From a virus, in IMG/VR virus record IMGVR_UViG_3300044857_000313, positions 1-64,000 of that record: a DNA stretch of 64,000 nt, one strand, 5' to 3'. Each line of letters starts with the position of its first letter. Position 1 is the stretch's first letter. The notes under the pieces were generated by a model that saw only the letters and a list, made by a program, of their open reading frames with translations, ran no database searches and had not been told where the DNA came from. The translations under genes and the position numbers were made by a program. This document shows, in pieces, positions 45,639-55,947 of the stretch.

Positions 45639-47192
45639 TTATTGTTGATTATTGTTCACCATTCCTTGCGCAATAGGTGACGCCATCTGCTGTGCCATCT
45701 GTGCTTGCATCATTTGAGCCTGCATGGCCTGATATTCCTCATCACTCATGACGAGGGAATCTGTATCAAGACCAAGTGATGTACCAATCTGAGAAATAAC
45801 ATTGCCTGTCTTTAAACGCTGTTGGAAGTCAGGAAGTATCGAACATGTCTGTAAGAACTGTTCAATCTTTGTCAGATCATGCCCACGTCCTAATGCTTCC
45901 ATACCTGTGACAATGTGTGTCTGGACACCATCACTGCCCTGTGGAATATCAGGGAGCGCACCCTGCGCCATGAGCTGAGCCATAAGACACTGAACAAGTG
46001 GTAACTGCAATTCCAAAGACAGCAAAGAATAAATGTTACCTACGCTATCCTCAAGCTCATTAGCCACATAACGAATCTCTTCCGCTGTGACACGTTCAGC
46101 ATCACGCTGTACGGAGCTGTTCAGCAGGAAAGCGAACGACAGGTTGCTCTGTAATTCCTGCTTGTGCTGATAGGCTACCTGTAAATCACTTACCTTGTTC
46201 AGCTGGAAAGCTGTAATGTCACCTTCTTTTCCTTTGAAGAAATCACCACTCTGTGCGTCTTTCAATTTATCAACACGGAGCTGTGAAGAAGGATTCACAA
46301 GGAATAAAGCAAAGGCAGACAACGTAGCCATTTCTGCGATAGATTTACTGATAGAGTTCAGGGACTTCAAATCACCATAGTATTCATCTACATAGGAACG
46401 GCCATAGGCTTCTCCATCCATCTTACGGAGCCGCAAGGGAATCCAAGGAACCTTATCCCTAGGAAATTCCTGTTCACTACCTTTGATAATCTGTCCTTCA
46501 ATCTCTTGATACATTTCAAAGGTTTCACCGTCTGCAAGATATACATGAGTGTAAAGCTCTACATTCTTGTCAGGTGAAACGTCTGTACCCTCTACGCAAG
46601 CCTGTGCTTCTGGGGGTAAGGCGGCATAACTAATGCTGTCTTTCGCAATCAGTTCAATCCAATTACCTGTACCATCACGCACCACAACATAGTTATTCAG
46701 CCGATATAATTTGATACCACCTGTCTGAGGGGGCAAATACAATAAACAGTTACCTGCTACGATTAGCTGTAAGACACCCTCGCTGATAGTGATACGACAC
46801 CGATTAGTTTCCATGTAGTCCATGAGCTGGCGTTCAATGGCCCCCATGAGCTTGTCAATCTTTGTCATTGCTGAGGTGTCCCCCTGCTGTGCTACCTTCT
46901 GTTTAGCCGTATCACCAAGCTCCAATTTAAAAAATGGTTCATTAGGGGGGAAGAGAGCCAGCATAATTTTAGCCGCTAAGTTATTAACGCCCCTAGCCCC
47001 AATGCTCTGATATGGTGTCTCATACTCTGTGGTAGAAGTAGCATTTTCATCAGGGAATAGCATAGGAATCGTAATCTTTGCGTTCTTTACCGCTCTGTCT
47101 ACGTACACCTTTCTATCGGACACCAATTTATCATAACGAGATTTTGCGGTATCTGTCCGATAAAATGTATTGGTGTCTACGCCGCTACTCAT
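45639..47192 (-). CDS. portal protein, copy B
   Basis: collinear with 2094..3647. Confidence 0.9.
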   Translation of the reverse strand: MSSGVDTNTFYRTDTAKSRYDKLVSDRKVYVDRAVKNAKITIPMLFPDENATSTTEYETPYQSIGARGVNNLAAKIMLALFPPNEPFFKLELGDTAKQKVAQQGDTSAMTKIDKLMGAIERQLMDYMETNRCRITISEGVLQLIVAGNCLLYLPPQTGGIKLYRLNNYVVVRDGTGNWIELIAKDSISYAALPPEAQACVEGTDVSPDKNVELYTHVYLADGETFEMYQEIEGQIIKGSEQEFPRDKVPWIPLRLRKMDGEAYGRSYVDEYYGDLKSLNSISKSIAEMATLSAFALFLVNPSSQLRVDKLKDAQSGDFFKGKEGDITAFQLNKVSDLQVAYQHKQELQSNLSFAFLLNSSVQRDAERVTAEEIRYVANELEDSVGNIYSLLSLELQLPLVQCLMAQLMAQGALPDIPQGSDGVQTHIVTGMEALGRGHDLTKIEQFLQTCSILPDFQQRLKTGNVISQIGTSLGLDTDSLVMSDEEYQAMQAQMMQAQMAQQMASPIAQGMVNNNQQ

Positions 47193-47488
47193 AAGTTAAT
47201 ACCTGAACCACCGCCACTGGAACCTGCGGACGAGGAAACATAGAGCGAGTTTTTACCACGCTTCTTTTTCTGGTTCTGCACTGCGGCATCATATTCAGCC
47301 TGTTCCGTTTCTGTGGGAGCAGGTGCGGCACTAGGAGTAACTACAATCGGCTGTTCACTCCCTGCTACACTATTCTGATAACCACCTAAAATACCACCTG
47401 TTACAGCATTTACGGTGTTCTTTACGGCCCCTGTAATACCATGCCATGCGTTAGACACCGTGTGTCCTAACCAACCGCCACTAGACAT
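47189..47488 (-). CDS. small Gly/Ser-rich protein, paralog 2, copy B
   Basis: homolog of 3644..3943. Confidence 0.55.
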   Translation of the reverse strand: MSSGGWLGHTVSNAWHGITGAVKNTVNAVTGGILGGYQNSVAGSEQPIVVTPSAAPAPTETEQAEYDAAVQNQKKKRGKNSLYVSSSAGSSGGGSGINL

Positions 47489-47784
47489 TAAAGACCACTC
47501 CTTCCTGTGTAATCACCTGTGGAACCTGTACCACTCGTATCGCTATTTACATACAAGCTAGACAGTCCACGTTTATTTCTTTTCTTCTGAGAGTATGTTG
47601 TATCATCACCCATTATAGGCGCATCTGGTGTCTGCGCTGTTGTACTAGACACCAAGTCAGATGCCTTTACTGTCGGACTATAATTATCCGATGCACTATA
47701 GGTATTACTTCCTGCTCCTGTGATACTGGAGATAATCTTCATGGGAAGACTCAGCAAACTTCCCAACCAACCACCACTAGACAT
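47488..47784 (-). CDS. small Gly/Ser-rich protein, paralog 1, copy B
   Basis: homolog of 3943..4239. Confidence 0.55.
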   Translation of the reverse strand: MSSGGWLGSLLSLPMKIISSITGAGSNTYSASDNYSPTVKASDLVSSTTAQTPDAPIMGDDTTYSQKKRNKRGLSSLYVNSDTSGTGSTGDYTGRSGL

Positions 47785-47786
47785 AA

Positions 47787-47969
47787 TCAGTCCTTCCTTT
47801 CTGCGAGATTATGAAGAACGGAAATAATTTCTGTACATCCCTGCATGTAACCCATACGAATATCATTGTTGTCTACATCTGCATTAATGAAAAAATCAGG
47901 CGTATAAATGGCCTTTAGATAATCAACAACATCACGAGGAACAAAAGGTAATTCATCATGCATAATCAT
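47787..47969 (-). CDS. hypothetical protein (60 aa), copy B
   Basis: identical protein to 4242..4424. Confidence 0.5.
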   Translation of the reverse strand: MIMHDELPFVPRDVVDYLKAIYTPDFFINADVDNNDIRMGYMQGCTEIISVLHNLAERKD

Positions 47970-48440
47970 CTAAGCCATCTCCTTCAAATATGATTCACCA
48001 AAGACAACAAACCCATGTTTCTTGTACATATTCCGTACAATCGGTGTGTCTTTAACCATGCTACTACCTGAGCAAATCATTACACATTCATTATCACGCG
48101 CAATGTCTTCCAAGAGCTGAACTGCAAATCTCCCAAAGCCATTCGGTTTTGTGTCAATGGAAGCCACTAAATCTTCCACCAATACAGGGCCGTCAATCCA
48201 CCAAAGCTCAACCACATTACAAGCTAAGACACCTGCATATTTCCCCTGTTCATCTGCAAAGACAGCCAGTGTACCAAGCTTCTGCATTTTCCACATCTGC
48301 TGTGCTAAATCCTGAATGGACTTTCTGTGCCTGAACAAAGGTGTTGGATTCTTGTCGGCTTTATGTGTAATGGCCGTTACAATAATTTCCATATCATCAA
48401 GTGTTACATCATTTACGAGTGTAAATTTTGGGGTGTCCAT
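47970..48440 (-). CDS. putative GNAT-family acetyltransferase, copy B
   Basis: homolog of 4425..4895. Confidence 0.4.
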   Translation of the reverse strand: MDTPKFTLVNDVTLDDMEIIVTAITHKADKNPTPLFRHRKSIQDLAQQMWKMQKLGTLAVFADEQGKYAGVLACNVVELWWIDGPVLVEDLVASIDTKPNGFGRFAVQLLEDIARDNECVMICSGSSMVKDTPIVRNMYKKHGFVVFGESYLKEMA

Positions 48441-49192
48441 AATTTTACCTTTCCTTTCTCATAATCTCCATCCTGTAATATGTGTGCCACACGGGCCTGT
48501 AAGAGTGCATCATCTTCTGTAAGATTAGCTTTCTTGAAACAATCAACTACAGCTTCCCATGTGGGACTATCATCTAAAATACGTTCTGCTCTCACCTTGC
48601 CAATTTTTGGACAACCTGTGTAGTTATCCGCTGTGTCCCCTACAAGAGTCTGATAGAGCAGTTTATAATCCGCTTCTTCCTGTGTCACCTCTACCAAGGT
48701 GTCTGTCAGGAAGTTATAAATCTTTGTTGGTATCGTCTGCATGTCTTTATCAGCAGAGATAATGATGTTGTTTCCTTTGTACTTCCCTGTAGCCAACAGG
48801 CCAATAACATCGTCCGCTTCTAGTGTGTCTAATTGTTCAGACACCCAATTATCACGCACCCATTGTTTGAGTGCATGATAGGCAACAGGCTTTCTTTTCC
48901 CCACACGATTCAGCTTATAGGTAGGCAAGAGTTTCTTTCTAAAGTTATTGGCATCATCCGAAAAAGCATAGACAACATTTACATTTCCTGAATACTGGTC
49001 AAGTTCCAAGGCCCTCTGAATCCAATCATCCATATGGTCTTGTAAGTATGCAAGTGCTTCATTGAAATCTACATGAAGTGTCCATATATCATTACCCCAA
49101 TCAATCTCACATTCACATGAAGAACACGCACGGTATACAGCCATATCGGCATCCACAAGGATTGTGATAGGTTTCTTCATCGGCTTATACAT
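48413..49192 (-). CDS. 5'-3' exonuclease, copy B
   Basis: homolog of 4868..5647. Confidence 0.75.
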   Translation of the reverse strand: MYKPMKKPITILVDADMAVYRACSSCECEIDWGNDIWTLHVDFNEALAYLQDHMDDWIQRALELDQYSGNVNVVYAFSDDANNFRKKLLPTYKLNRVGKRKPVAYHALKQWVRDNWVSEQLDTLEADDVIGLLATGKYKGNNIIISADKDMQTIPTKIYNFLTDTLVEVTQEEADYKLLYQTLVGDTADNYTGCPKIGKVRAERILDDSPTWEAVVDCFKKANLTEDDALLQARVAHILQDGDYEKGKVKLWTPQNLHS

Positions 49193-49436
49193 CTTCGTCT
49201 TCCTCTTCATCCGTAGCAGGGACATAAAGACCACAACGGCAGGTACTGTATTTACGCATGTACTTACAAGGGCAAATGGTGTCTTTCGTCTTGCTAGGCT
49301 GGCAGGGACAATAACCTTCATTCAAGGCTAAACGGCCACGAATGGTGTCATAGACAGTATGGTTACGTGTCACCTGCATGTGACGTTCCTTGAGGAATTT
49401 ACTGTTGTCTCCATAAATGGTATACATCGCTGTCAT
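49185..49436 (-). CDS. FTR-catalytic-subunit-like Cys-rich protein, copy B
   Basis: homolog of 5640..5891; start aligned at MTAMYTIYGDN. Confidence 0.4.
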   Translation of the reverse strand: MTAMYTIYGDNSKFLKERHMQVTRNHTVYDTIRGRLALNEGYCPCQPSKTKDTICPCKYMRKYSTCRCGLYVPATDEEEDEDV

Positions 49437-50047
49437 TAGACCACCCCCAACTCTTTTGCTTTCGGCAATGAAGCAATCCAATCACAGACAACTTTCCATT
49501 CAGGTAATCTGTGTGTCTTTCGCTGTGCATAGATGTTTTTGAGCTGTAAGTAGTTCGTTGTCATTCGAGCTGTCAGCAACAGGCCGCTAGGATAGCTGTA
49601 TATCATACGCCGCCAATTTTCTTCACTAGGATTCTGATTGTAGTCCCGAACAATATCAAGGAACAAATCAATGATTTTACGGTCTGTATAAGAGATGAAG
49701 CGGACATCCATCTTTGCCAACATATGCATAGCGGACATGGAAGACACAAAGTCTAAGAAATGATAACGCTGTGCTTCTGGCCATGCCTGTTTAGTAAGGG
49801 TCAAATCAAACTGGACAATGATACCTTTAAGGTAACAATCATGACCACTGCCAGCAGGTGCTTTACCAAGACGTACAGCACGTTTCATATCACCATTGGT
49901 AGCACCCCGTGTTTCTAAATTACACGGATTGATTTTATCCGCCATAGGGTAGCCAGACGCTACGATAGATTCATCAAGACCATAGACGTATGTGTTATCA
50001 ATGATGTTATAATCATGCTTTTTCATATTTATTGTGTCTCCTTTCAT
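49436..50047 (-). CDS. divergent ThyX-like protein, copy B
   Basis: homolog of 5891..6502. Confidence 0.3.
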   Translation of the reverse strand: MKGDTINMKKHDYNIIDNTYVYGLDESIVASGYPMADKINPCNLETRGATNGDMKRAVRLGKAPAGSGHDCYLKGIIVQFDLTLTKQAWPEAQRYHFLDFVSSMSAMHMLAKMDVRFISYTDRKIIDLFLDIVRDYNQNPSEENWRRMIYSYPSGLLLTARMTTNYLQLKNIYAQRKTHRLPEWKVVCDWIASLPKAKELGVV

Positions 50048-50189
50048 TCTTAGACAATTCTTTTTTCATCTCTGCGGACTGCGGATAGGTAACATAACCA
50101 CACGAACATGTAATTTCTTCTACATTCTTTGCACAACCTGTGACCAAGGTACGACCACATTTTTTACAACGGATACGTTTTGCGTACAT
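50013..50189 (-). CDS. small zinc-ribbon protein, copy B
   Basis: homolog of 6468..6644. Confidence 0.45.
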   Translation of the reverse strand: MYAKRIRCKKCGRTLVTGCAKNVEEITCSCGYVTYPQSAEMKKELSKNERRHNKYEKA

Positions 50190-50199
50190 AAAATACCCC

Positions 50200-52119
50200 C
50201 TAATGACAATCAAACCAATTATGTCCAATGATACCTTCTGTATCTAATTGAATATGAAAATGAAAATATTCTTGTGTGTCTCTCATCGCCTGCTGGGCTT
50301 CTTCACACACAATCTTTGCAATTTCTTCTGTTCTACACGCAATCTGTTGCTCATCGTGTATCCACGCCATGAGTGCAAAATCGCCATCCCATCCATGTCT
50401 TAATCCTCTCGCCAATAATCGCTCCTCTGTCGTGACAATCCACTTCTTGCATATCAAAGCACCTGCTGATTGCAAGAGCAGATTTAAGGCACTGTGAGGA
50501 CTTCTTACATGTAGTTTGCGTCTGTCAAGACCATAGAGGAAATGGCGTTTCCATGTAACCTTAGGTTTCCCATGGCACTGTTTATAATCAATAGGGTAGA
50601 CAAGTGCATTTTCTACAGCCTGTCTGAGCTTCGCAATAGCAGGAATGGCCTTATTGAATTTCTTCTTAATCTGCTTTCCCTGTCCTGCTGAACCCCCTAT
50701 GATTTTACCAATCTTTGCGTCTCCTGCTCCATACAAATAAGCGTAGATAAACGTCTTCGCCTGATTGCGTGTTGGCAATCCTGCGGCTTTCTGATTCATA
50801 GTATGAATATCACCATTCAGAATCGTATGGGCATATTGGCCCCCATCATACTTATACATGAAGTGGGCAAGACAACGGAGTTCAAGACCACAAGCGTCTA
50901 TCCCTGCTTGCCACCATCCGTCAGGTACTCTAAAGAGTTCTCGACATTCCTTGCCGTACGGACTACCTACATGGGGTACTTGTGCGACGTTCGGTCTGGA
51001 ATGAGTAGCACGACCACTAACAGCCCCATTAGGGATAACAGAACCATGGATATTACCATCCTTTCCAATCATAGACAACCAAGCATTTTTACCGTCTGCG
51101 AGTTGTCCTAGACGCTTTTTGAGCATCAAGGACTCCTCAAGTACAGACACAACAGACTTCACTTCATCAGGAGCTTGAGGGTCTTCCTTCATAAATCCCA
51201 TGCTTTCATCATCAATCTTCAATCGACACTGTGACAAGTCAACATCATCCGCATCCGTGTCTTCCACATCATAGCAATCAATGTTTGAGGGTGAATAACC
51301 GTAATGTGTTCGTAATAGCCATTCAATCTGTTGTCTGCTATTTGGATTAAAGTCTTTATACTTCTGAATGGGAACCCCCGCTTTATAGCCAAGGCGTTTG
51401 TTGTCTCTTTTCGGTACGAAAATCTTATCAGGTACACGAGGTACAAGCTGAATTAATTTTGCTGTCAAGACACCTGCTCTGGCACGTAAGGTAGCTTCTA
51501 GTTCTTTTGCTTTTTCAAGGTCAAAGGGAAATCCATTCTTTTCCTGTTTAGACATCAACCATGCTACTTCATGCTCAAGCTTTATGGCTTTTGGTGCATA
51601 ATCGTATGAAGCCAGCTTTTCATAGAGCTTCACCGTTACAACTACGTCCTGCTTATTGTAAGCAAGCATTTCAGGATTGTAACAAGCCCACGCATCTTCT
51701 TCCTCTCCATATGTACCCTTTAGTTCACCTAAACGATACCCCCAAGCCTTTAGGCTATGGGATTTATACAGCTTAGAGGGGAGCTGTTTCTTTCGGATAA
51801 GTCCTGCGTCCATGTCTTCGACATGAGAATAGATGAGCCGCGACAAAACAAGGGTGTCTACTACATCCTTATGCATATCATGCGTAATCTCAAACCACGG
51901 AAAAAGTTTTGCCAAGGTGGGAAGGTCATAATTAATAACATTGTGTCCACAAAGACACACCCCTCTTTTCCATGCGTCATATAACTCATGAACACCTTGC
52001 TCTGCGTGTACATCATCGTATTGCTTCATCTGCTGTGTGTCTGTATCATAGACACTCAAGCAAAAAAGCTTCGTAACGTCGGCATATAAGCCGTTCGTTT
52101 CAATATCAAAGACTAACAT
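50200..52119 (-). CDS. DNA polymerase (T7 gp5-like), copy B, uninterrupted
   Basis: 639-aa ORF; exo motif DIETNGL, motif B NQAKTFIYAYLYGAG intact. Confidence 0.95.
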   Translation of the reverse strand: MLVFDIETNGLYADVTKLFCLSVYDTDTQQMKQYDDVHAEQGVHELYDAWKRGVCLCGHNVINYDLPTLAKLFPWFEITHDMHKDVVDTLVLSRLIYSHVEDMDAGLIRKKQLPSKLYKSHSLKAWGYRLGELKGTYGEEEDAWACYNPEMLAYNKQDVVVTVKLYEKLASYDYAPKAIKLEHEVAWLMSKQEKNGFPFDLEKAKELEATLRARAGVLTAKLIQLVPRVPDKIFVPKRDNKRLGYKAGVPIQKYKDFNPNSRQQIEWLLRTHYGYSPSNIDCYDVEDTDADDVDLSQCRLKIDDESMGFMKEDPQAPDEVKSVVSVLEESLMLKKRLGQLADGKNAWLSMIGKDGNIHGSVIPNGAVSGRATHSRPNVAQVPHVGSPYGKECRELFRVPDGWWQAGIDACGLELRCLAHFMYKYDGGQYAHTILNGDIHTMNQKAAGLPTRNQAKTFIYAYLYGAGDAKIGKIIGGSAGQGKQIKKKFNKAIPAIAKLRQAVENALVYPIDYKQCHGKPKVTWKRHFLYGLDRRKLHVRSPHSALNLLLQSAGALICKKWIVTTEERLLARGLRHGWDGDFALMAWIHDEQQIACRTEEIAKIVCEEAQQAMRDTQEYFHFHIQLDTEGIIGHNWFDCH

Positions 52120-52132
52120 AGAACCATCCTTT

Positions 52133-53377
52133 CTATCGTAACTTTTCTAAATCTTCTGCTTCCGTATCATCACGTTCAATCATGGGAATAATACCGTGCT
52201 TCTTAAGTAGCTGATATAAGAACAAGCGTCCTTTTTGTGTCCATTCAGTCTGCATTTTACAAGCAGTGCGTCCACTGGATAAAGTTAAATGGAAGGTCTT
52301 ACTATGAGTATAACCTTTATTCTGGTACTTAGCATACAGTAACCACTGTTCTCTGAGCTTATAAATAACATGTAGTGCATGAAGCATTTCATTGAATACC
52401 TTAGCACTCATCCCATAGTCTTTTGCAATTACTGTTATTGGGACAGTATTATTGCTAGACAAGATAAGGTCGGTGTAAGCGGCTTTTGGTTTTAATTCGC
52501 CGATTACCTGTTTTGCACTGGCCGCTTCCAGTTCGGCACACTTTCTTGCTTCTCGTTCAGCTTTCAGTTCCGTAGCCAATTTAATGAGGGTATCTGGATT
52601 TAGCAGAACTTCTTCAATTTTCTCGGGTGTTAAGTACGCCCCATGTTTACGGATTGCTGGGAGAACTTCATCAGCCAGAACAGCCTGGAACTTCTGTGCC
52701 GCTTCATTGCTGGCCTTGAATCCCAGCCGGTACACCATGTTTTCCGGAAGAAAATCATCTTTCCCCACAAGTGGGGAAAATCCAAATTCATGAAGATACT
52801 GGTTGACTCTGTCCCATCGGATGTATTCAACACCGTTCTTTTCTTGCGTAAATCCAAATCCTCGCGCCACGTCTTCGGCATTCAGATAGGCCGTACCATT
52901 TTCCTTATCCAAGTATCCGCGGACGTTATTGATATTTATAATTTCATGCGTGCTTCTGCTCCTTTCAAACGAGTCTGTATCCTCGCATTGGAGTGCGTCT
53001 TCATTCGTCATTGTTTCGGCGTTAGCGGTGTCCCCGCCGGTCTTTCTGATTGCCGGAAGAACCTCGCTTGTTACCCAGCGTTTAAACTTTTTGGCTGTCG
53101 GAAGCTTTGACCACATTACTAAGCTGTATAAGCCCGATTCGTTGATGAAACTTGGATACTGGTTACGACCAAGAGAGTCTTTGATGGATAGGGTAGCATT
53201 TCGTGCCCCCATCTTTTTGTCTTCATCATCCACACGGTTACGAAGTGCTTGGTTGTGATTTGTATAACCAAGAGCTGTAGCCACATCTTTACCAACAAAC
53301 CAAGGTTCGCCATTAATTAATATTGTACGTACCTTACCAAATGCCTTATTTTCAAAGATTATTAATTCGTTACTCAT
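52133..53377 (-). CDS. Bro-N / KilA-C (ANT) antirepressor-like protein, arm B only
   Basis: N-terminal IIFENKAFGKVRTILINGEPWFVGKDVATALGY (Bro-N), C-terminal ITVIAKDYGMSAKVFNEMLH..WLLYAKYQNKGY (KilA-C); start at MSNELI with AAGGAG SD. Confidence 0.75.
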   Translation of the reverse strand: MSNELIIFENKAFGKVRTILINGEPWFVGKDVATALGYTNHNQALRNRVDDEDKKMGARNATLSIKDSLGRNQYPSFINESGLYSLVMWSKLPTAKKFKRWVTSEVLPAIRKTGGDTANAETMTNEDALQCEDTDSFERSRSTHEIININNVRGYLDKENGTAYLNAEDVARGFGFTQEKNGVEYIRWDRVNQYLHEFGFSPLVGKDDFLPENMVYRLGFKASNEAAQKFQAVLADEVLPAIRKHGAYLTPEKIEEVLLNPDTLIKLATELKAEREARKCAELEAASAKQVIGELKPKAAYTDLILSSNNTVPITVIAKDYGMSAKVFNEMLHALHVIYKLREQWLLYAKYQNKGYTHSKTFHLTLSSGRTACKMQTEWTQKGRLFLYQLLKKHGIIPMIERDDTEAEDLEKLR

Positions 53378-53422
53378 ATTAAGTTCTCCTTCCAACTATA
53401 AATATTTAGACGCACTAATTGC

Positions 53423-53608
53423 CTATCGTAACTTTTCTAAATCTTCTGCTTCCGTATCAAGATTGAAAGCTTCATTACGTAGTTTACTCGCAAGCTCTCT
53501 CTCTTTATCAGCAAGCAAACTAATTTTCTTCTGTCGCTGTGCCTGTACCTTAAGGCTCCACTGATACAGTTTTCGCCACAAGGCATCATAGAATTTAATG
53601 AGCCACAT
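53423..53608 (-). CDS. hypothetical protein (61 aa), copy B
   Basis: homolog of 9276..9464. Confidence 0.5.
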   Translation of the reverse strand: MWLIKFYDALWRKLYQWSLKVQAQRQKKISLLADKERELASKLRNEAFNLDTEAEDLEKLR

Positions 53609-53621
53609 TAAGACACCCCCC

Positions 53622-55406
53622 TTACTTCTTCAAATGATGATAAAAGCGTTTCCCTGCTTCCTTCTGTCTTGCTTCGGAGAAGTTGCTAATGCGTTTCAGA
53701 TATCCGATAACACGAGTACCATAATCTACATCATTACTCCCACATTTCACACAATGATTTTCTGTGTCTGTGTTGATATAGCCACAATCATTGCAAATCG
53801 TACATAAGACATTGGTTGTCCAATACTGTACGCCATAGTCGGCACACAGCCTATACAAAAGGACAAACTGTTCTGCACTCAACATCTGTTCAAGATTCAG
53901 ATGTAGAGCCGAGCCACCATCAAGGTACTGCACAATATCCTTTGAATACAGTTTGATTTTATCGAGTACGTTCACCTTCGTGTCTTCTACAGGGTAGAAA
54001 TAACTATTGTAGCAACCACGAGGTACATAAAGACCTGCTTCCTTGTCCCATTTAGCATTTTTAACGCCGAGATTTTCGGCAGGGACAAACTCAGTATTAA
54101 AGCGGACGCCGTACTCAGACAGAGCGGCCTTATTGGACATCGTAAGGAAAGACAACAAGGACTGTAAGTAATTCGGATATTCCTTATCTGTCACTGCACC
54201 TTTCTTGTCTCTCAGGTACTCAAAGTATTCCAAGACACCATTGACACCAAGGGTCAAGAACTGTTTATCAATGTCCATAAATCCCTGTGTGTAAGCAGGG
54301 AGCAAACCTGCATCAATGTAACCTTTCAGCACTTCACGATGAGCCAACAGGTACTTATGTACTCTGTCCACTACTTCGTCAAGCTTAATCCCACACTGAC
54401 CGATGCGGTTGATGTTCAAGCTAATGACACGAGCAGAACCCGTAACAACACCACCTGCGCCCAAAGTGTAGCTGAACGTGTTATCAGCTAATTCATTGCG
54501 CAAGCGGCAACAAGACGCAAGACTATCTACCTTATCAGACATATAGACAAAGAAGGAAAGACCCCGTGCCTGTTCATCTGCCAGTGTATACATAAAAGTA
54601 TTATCTTTGAAATCACCTTTGCCATCGGTCAAGAGTGCGGCGGTGACAACAGGGAACGTCAACAATTCTTTTTTTCGTTCTTGTCTGAACCATTGCAAGA
54701 AATATCTCTGCAAACTATAGGTGCTTTCAATGTCTACCTGTGTACCGTCTGGATAGTAGAAACCCCCAAACATTTCTTTCAGGTAATCATGGTCAAACAC
54801 ACTAATGTTCCAAAATACCGACTGGTCACCTCTTGCGCTAGCTGGCTGATTCAGTGCGTAGACAACACCCTGAAATTCCTGAGCGACTTCTTCAAAATGC
54901 TTCTTGAGGTAATCTTTGCCCCACTGTTTGCGTGCAAAGTAATCAAACATATGGAGAAACTCAACGGTAGCAATAGCACCACTAAAATTACTTGCAATCT
55001 GATAAACAAGATTGACAAATGAGCCGCAAAAACTCTGCAAGTTCTTGGGTGCTTTAGACACACCACCTAAACACTTCGTACCTTCCAACAAGAAGGGATA
55101 CAAAGTGATACTGGCACAATAAGGCTTCAAAGATGTTTCATCATGTGTATAGATATAATGATTTGCAAGGTCATCTTCATACGCCTTTGCCATATCTTCA
55201 CCAAACATCTGAGTCAGTTTGTCTTTAACCAACTTACGATTAATCTGGATAGTGTCTGGTTTAAATAATTCAGCTTCCAAGCCTGCAATCGTCTTCTGAG
55301 TAACATTACTGTTCGCATCTACCTTAGATGCCGTAGCGGCATTGGGAGACACCATATAATCATGGATGTACTTAATCTTTTCTTTTAAATCAACCTTTGG
55401 TAACAT
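53622..55406 (-). CDS. nrdD: anaerobic ribonucleotide reductase, copy B
   Basis: homolog of 9474..11258; start aligned at MLPKVDL. Confidence 0.85.
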   Translation of the reverse strand: MLPKVDLKEKIKYIHDYMVSPNAATASKVDANSNVTQKTIAGLEAELFKPDTIQINRKLVKDKLTQMFGEDMAKAYEDDLANHYIYTHDETSLKPYCASITLYPFLLEGTKCLGGVSKAPKNLQSFCGSFVNLVYQIASNFSGAIATVEFLHMFDYFARKQWGKDYLKKHFEEVAQEFQGVVYALNQPASARGDQSVFWNISVFDHDYLKEMFGGFYYPDGTQVDIESTYSLQRYFLQWFRQERKKELLTFPVVTAALLTDGKGDFKDNTFMYTLADEQARGLSFFVYMSDKVDSLASCCRLRNELADNTFSYTLGAGGVVTGSARVISLNINRIGQCGIKLDEVVDRVHKYLLAHREVLKGYIDAGLLPAYTQGFMDIDKQFLTLGVNGVLEYFEYLRDKKGAVTDKEYPNYLQSLLSFLTMSNKAALSEYGVRFNTEFVPAENLGVKNAKWDKEAGLYVPRGCYNSYFYPVEDTKVNVLDKIKLYSKDIVQYLDGGSALHLNLEQMLSAEQFVLLYRLCADYGVQYWTTNVLCTICNDCGYINTDTENHCVKCGSNDVDYGTRVIGYLKRISNFSEARQKEAGKRFYHHLKK

Positions 55407-55947
55407 TCTCCACCTTCTTCCAAAATTTGTGTGTCTCATCCAAAAAGCAAGGCTGAACAAACACCACATTGTCATTTTTATCTAAACGGTAAGACTGCGA
55501 GATGTAGTAAAAGCGTTGATTTGTCCGAGGACTTTCAAGGCCACCTAAAGTCTCAACATAGGGGCCTGTCTTCAGCCAAGTACAATGCCCTTCAACTGCA
55601 ATCATCTTGTCATGTTCTTCATCATCACTCCCACTATACAGCCCTGTAGGAGCAATAAAGGACAAATCACTGAGGAGAGCGATTAAAGATTCATCTGTGA
55701 TATGCTTATTATTTGTACCACCCATTACAACAATAGCGTTTGCCCCTGCATCAATGGCGTCCTGTGCTTCTTCTAAAACATCAATAAGGGGCGTTAAGGG
55801 TACATCTTCTTTCTGTAATTCTGGACTGTGACAGCCAACACAATGCTGTTTGCAAGCCCCTAATTCAATCGCATAGGCCAGTTTATCAGGCAATTCGTTG
55901 AATGTAATATCTGTATTAACAACAGGGTACTTTAAAACTCTTGACAT
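55390..55947 (-). CDS. nrdG: class III RNR activase, copy B
   Basis: homolog of 11260..11799 with a different C-terminal tail. Confidence 0.7.
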   Translation of the reverse strand: MSRVLKYPVVNTDITFNELPDKLAYAIELGACKQHCVGCHSPELQKEDVPLTPLIDVLEEAQDAIDAGANAIVVMGGTNNKHITDESLIALLSDLSFIAPTGLYSGSDDEEHDKMIAVEGHCTWLKTGPYVETLGGLESPRTNQRFYYISQSYRLDKNDNVVFVQPCFLDETHKFWKKVENVTKG

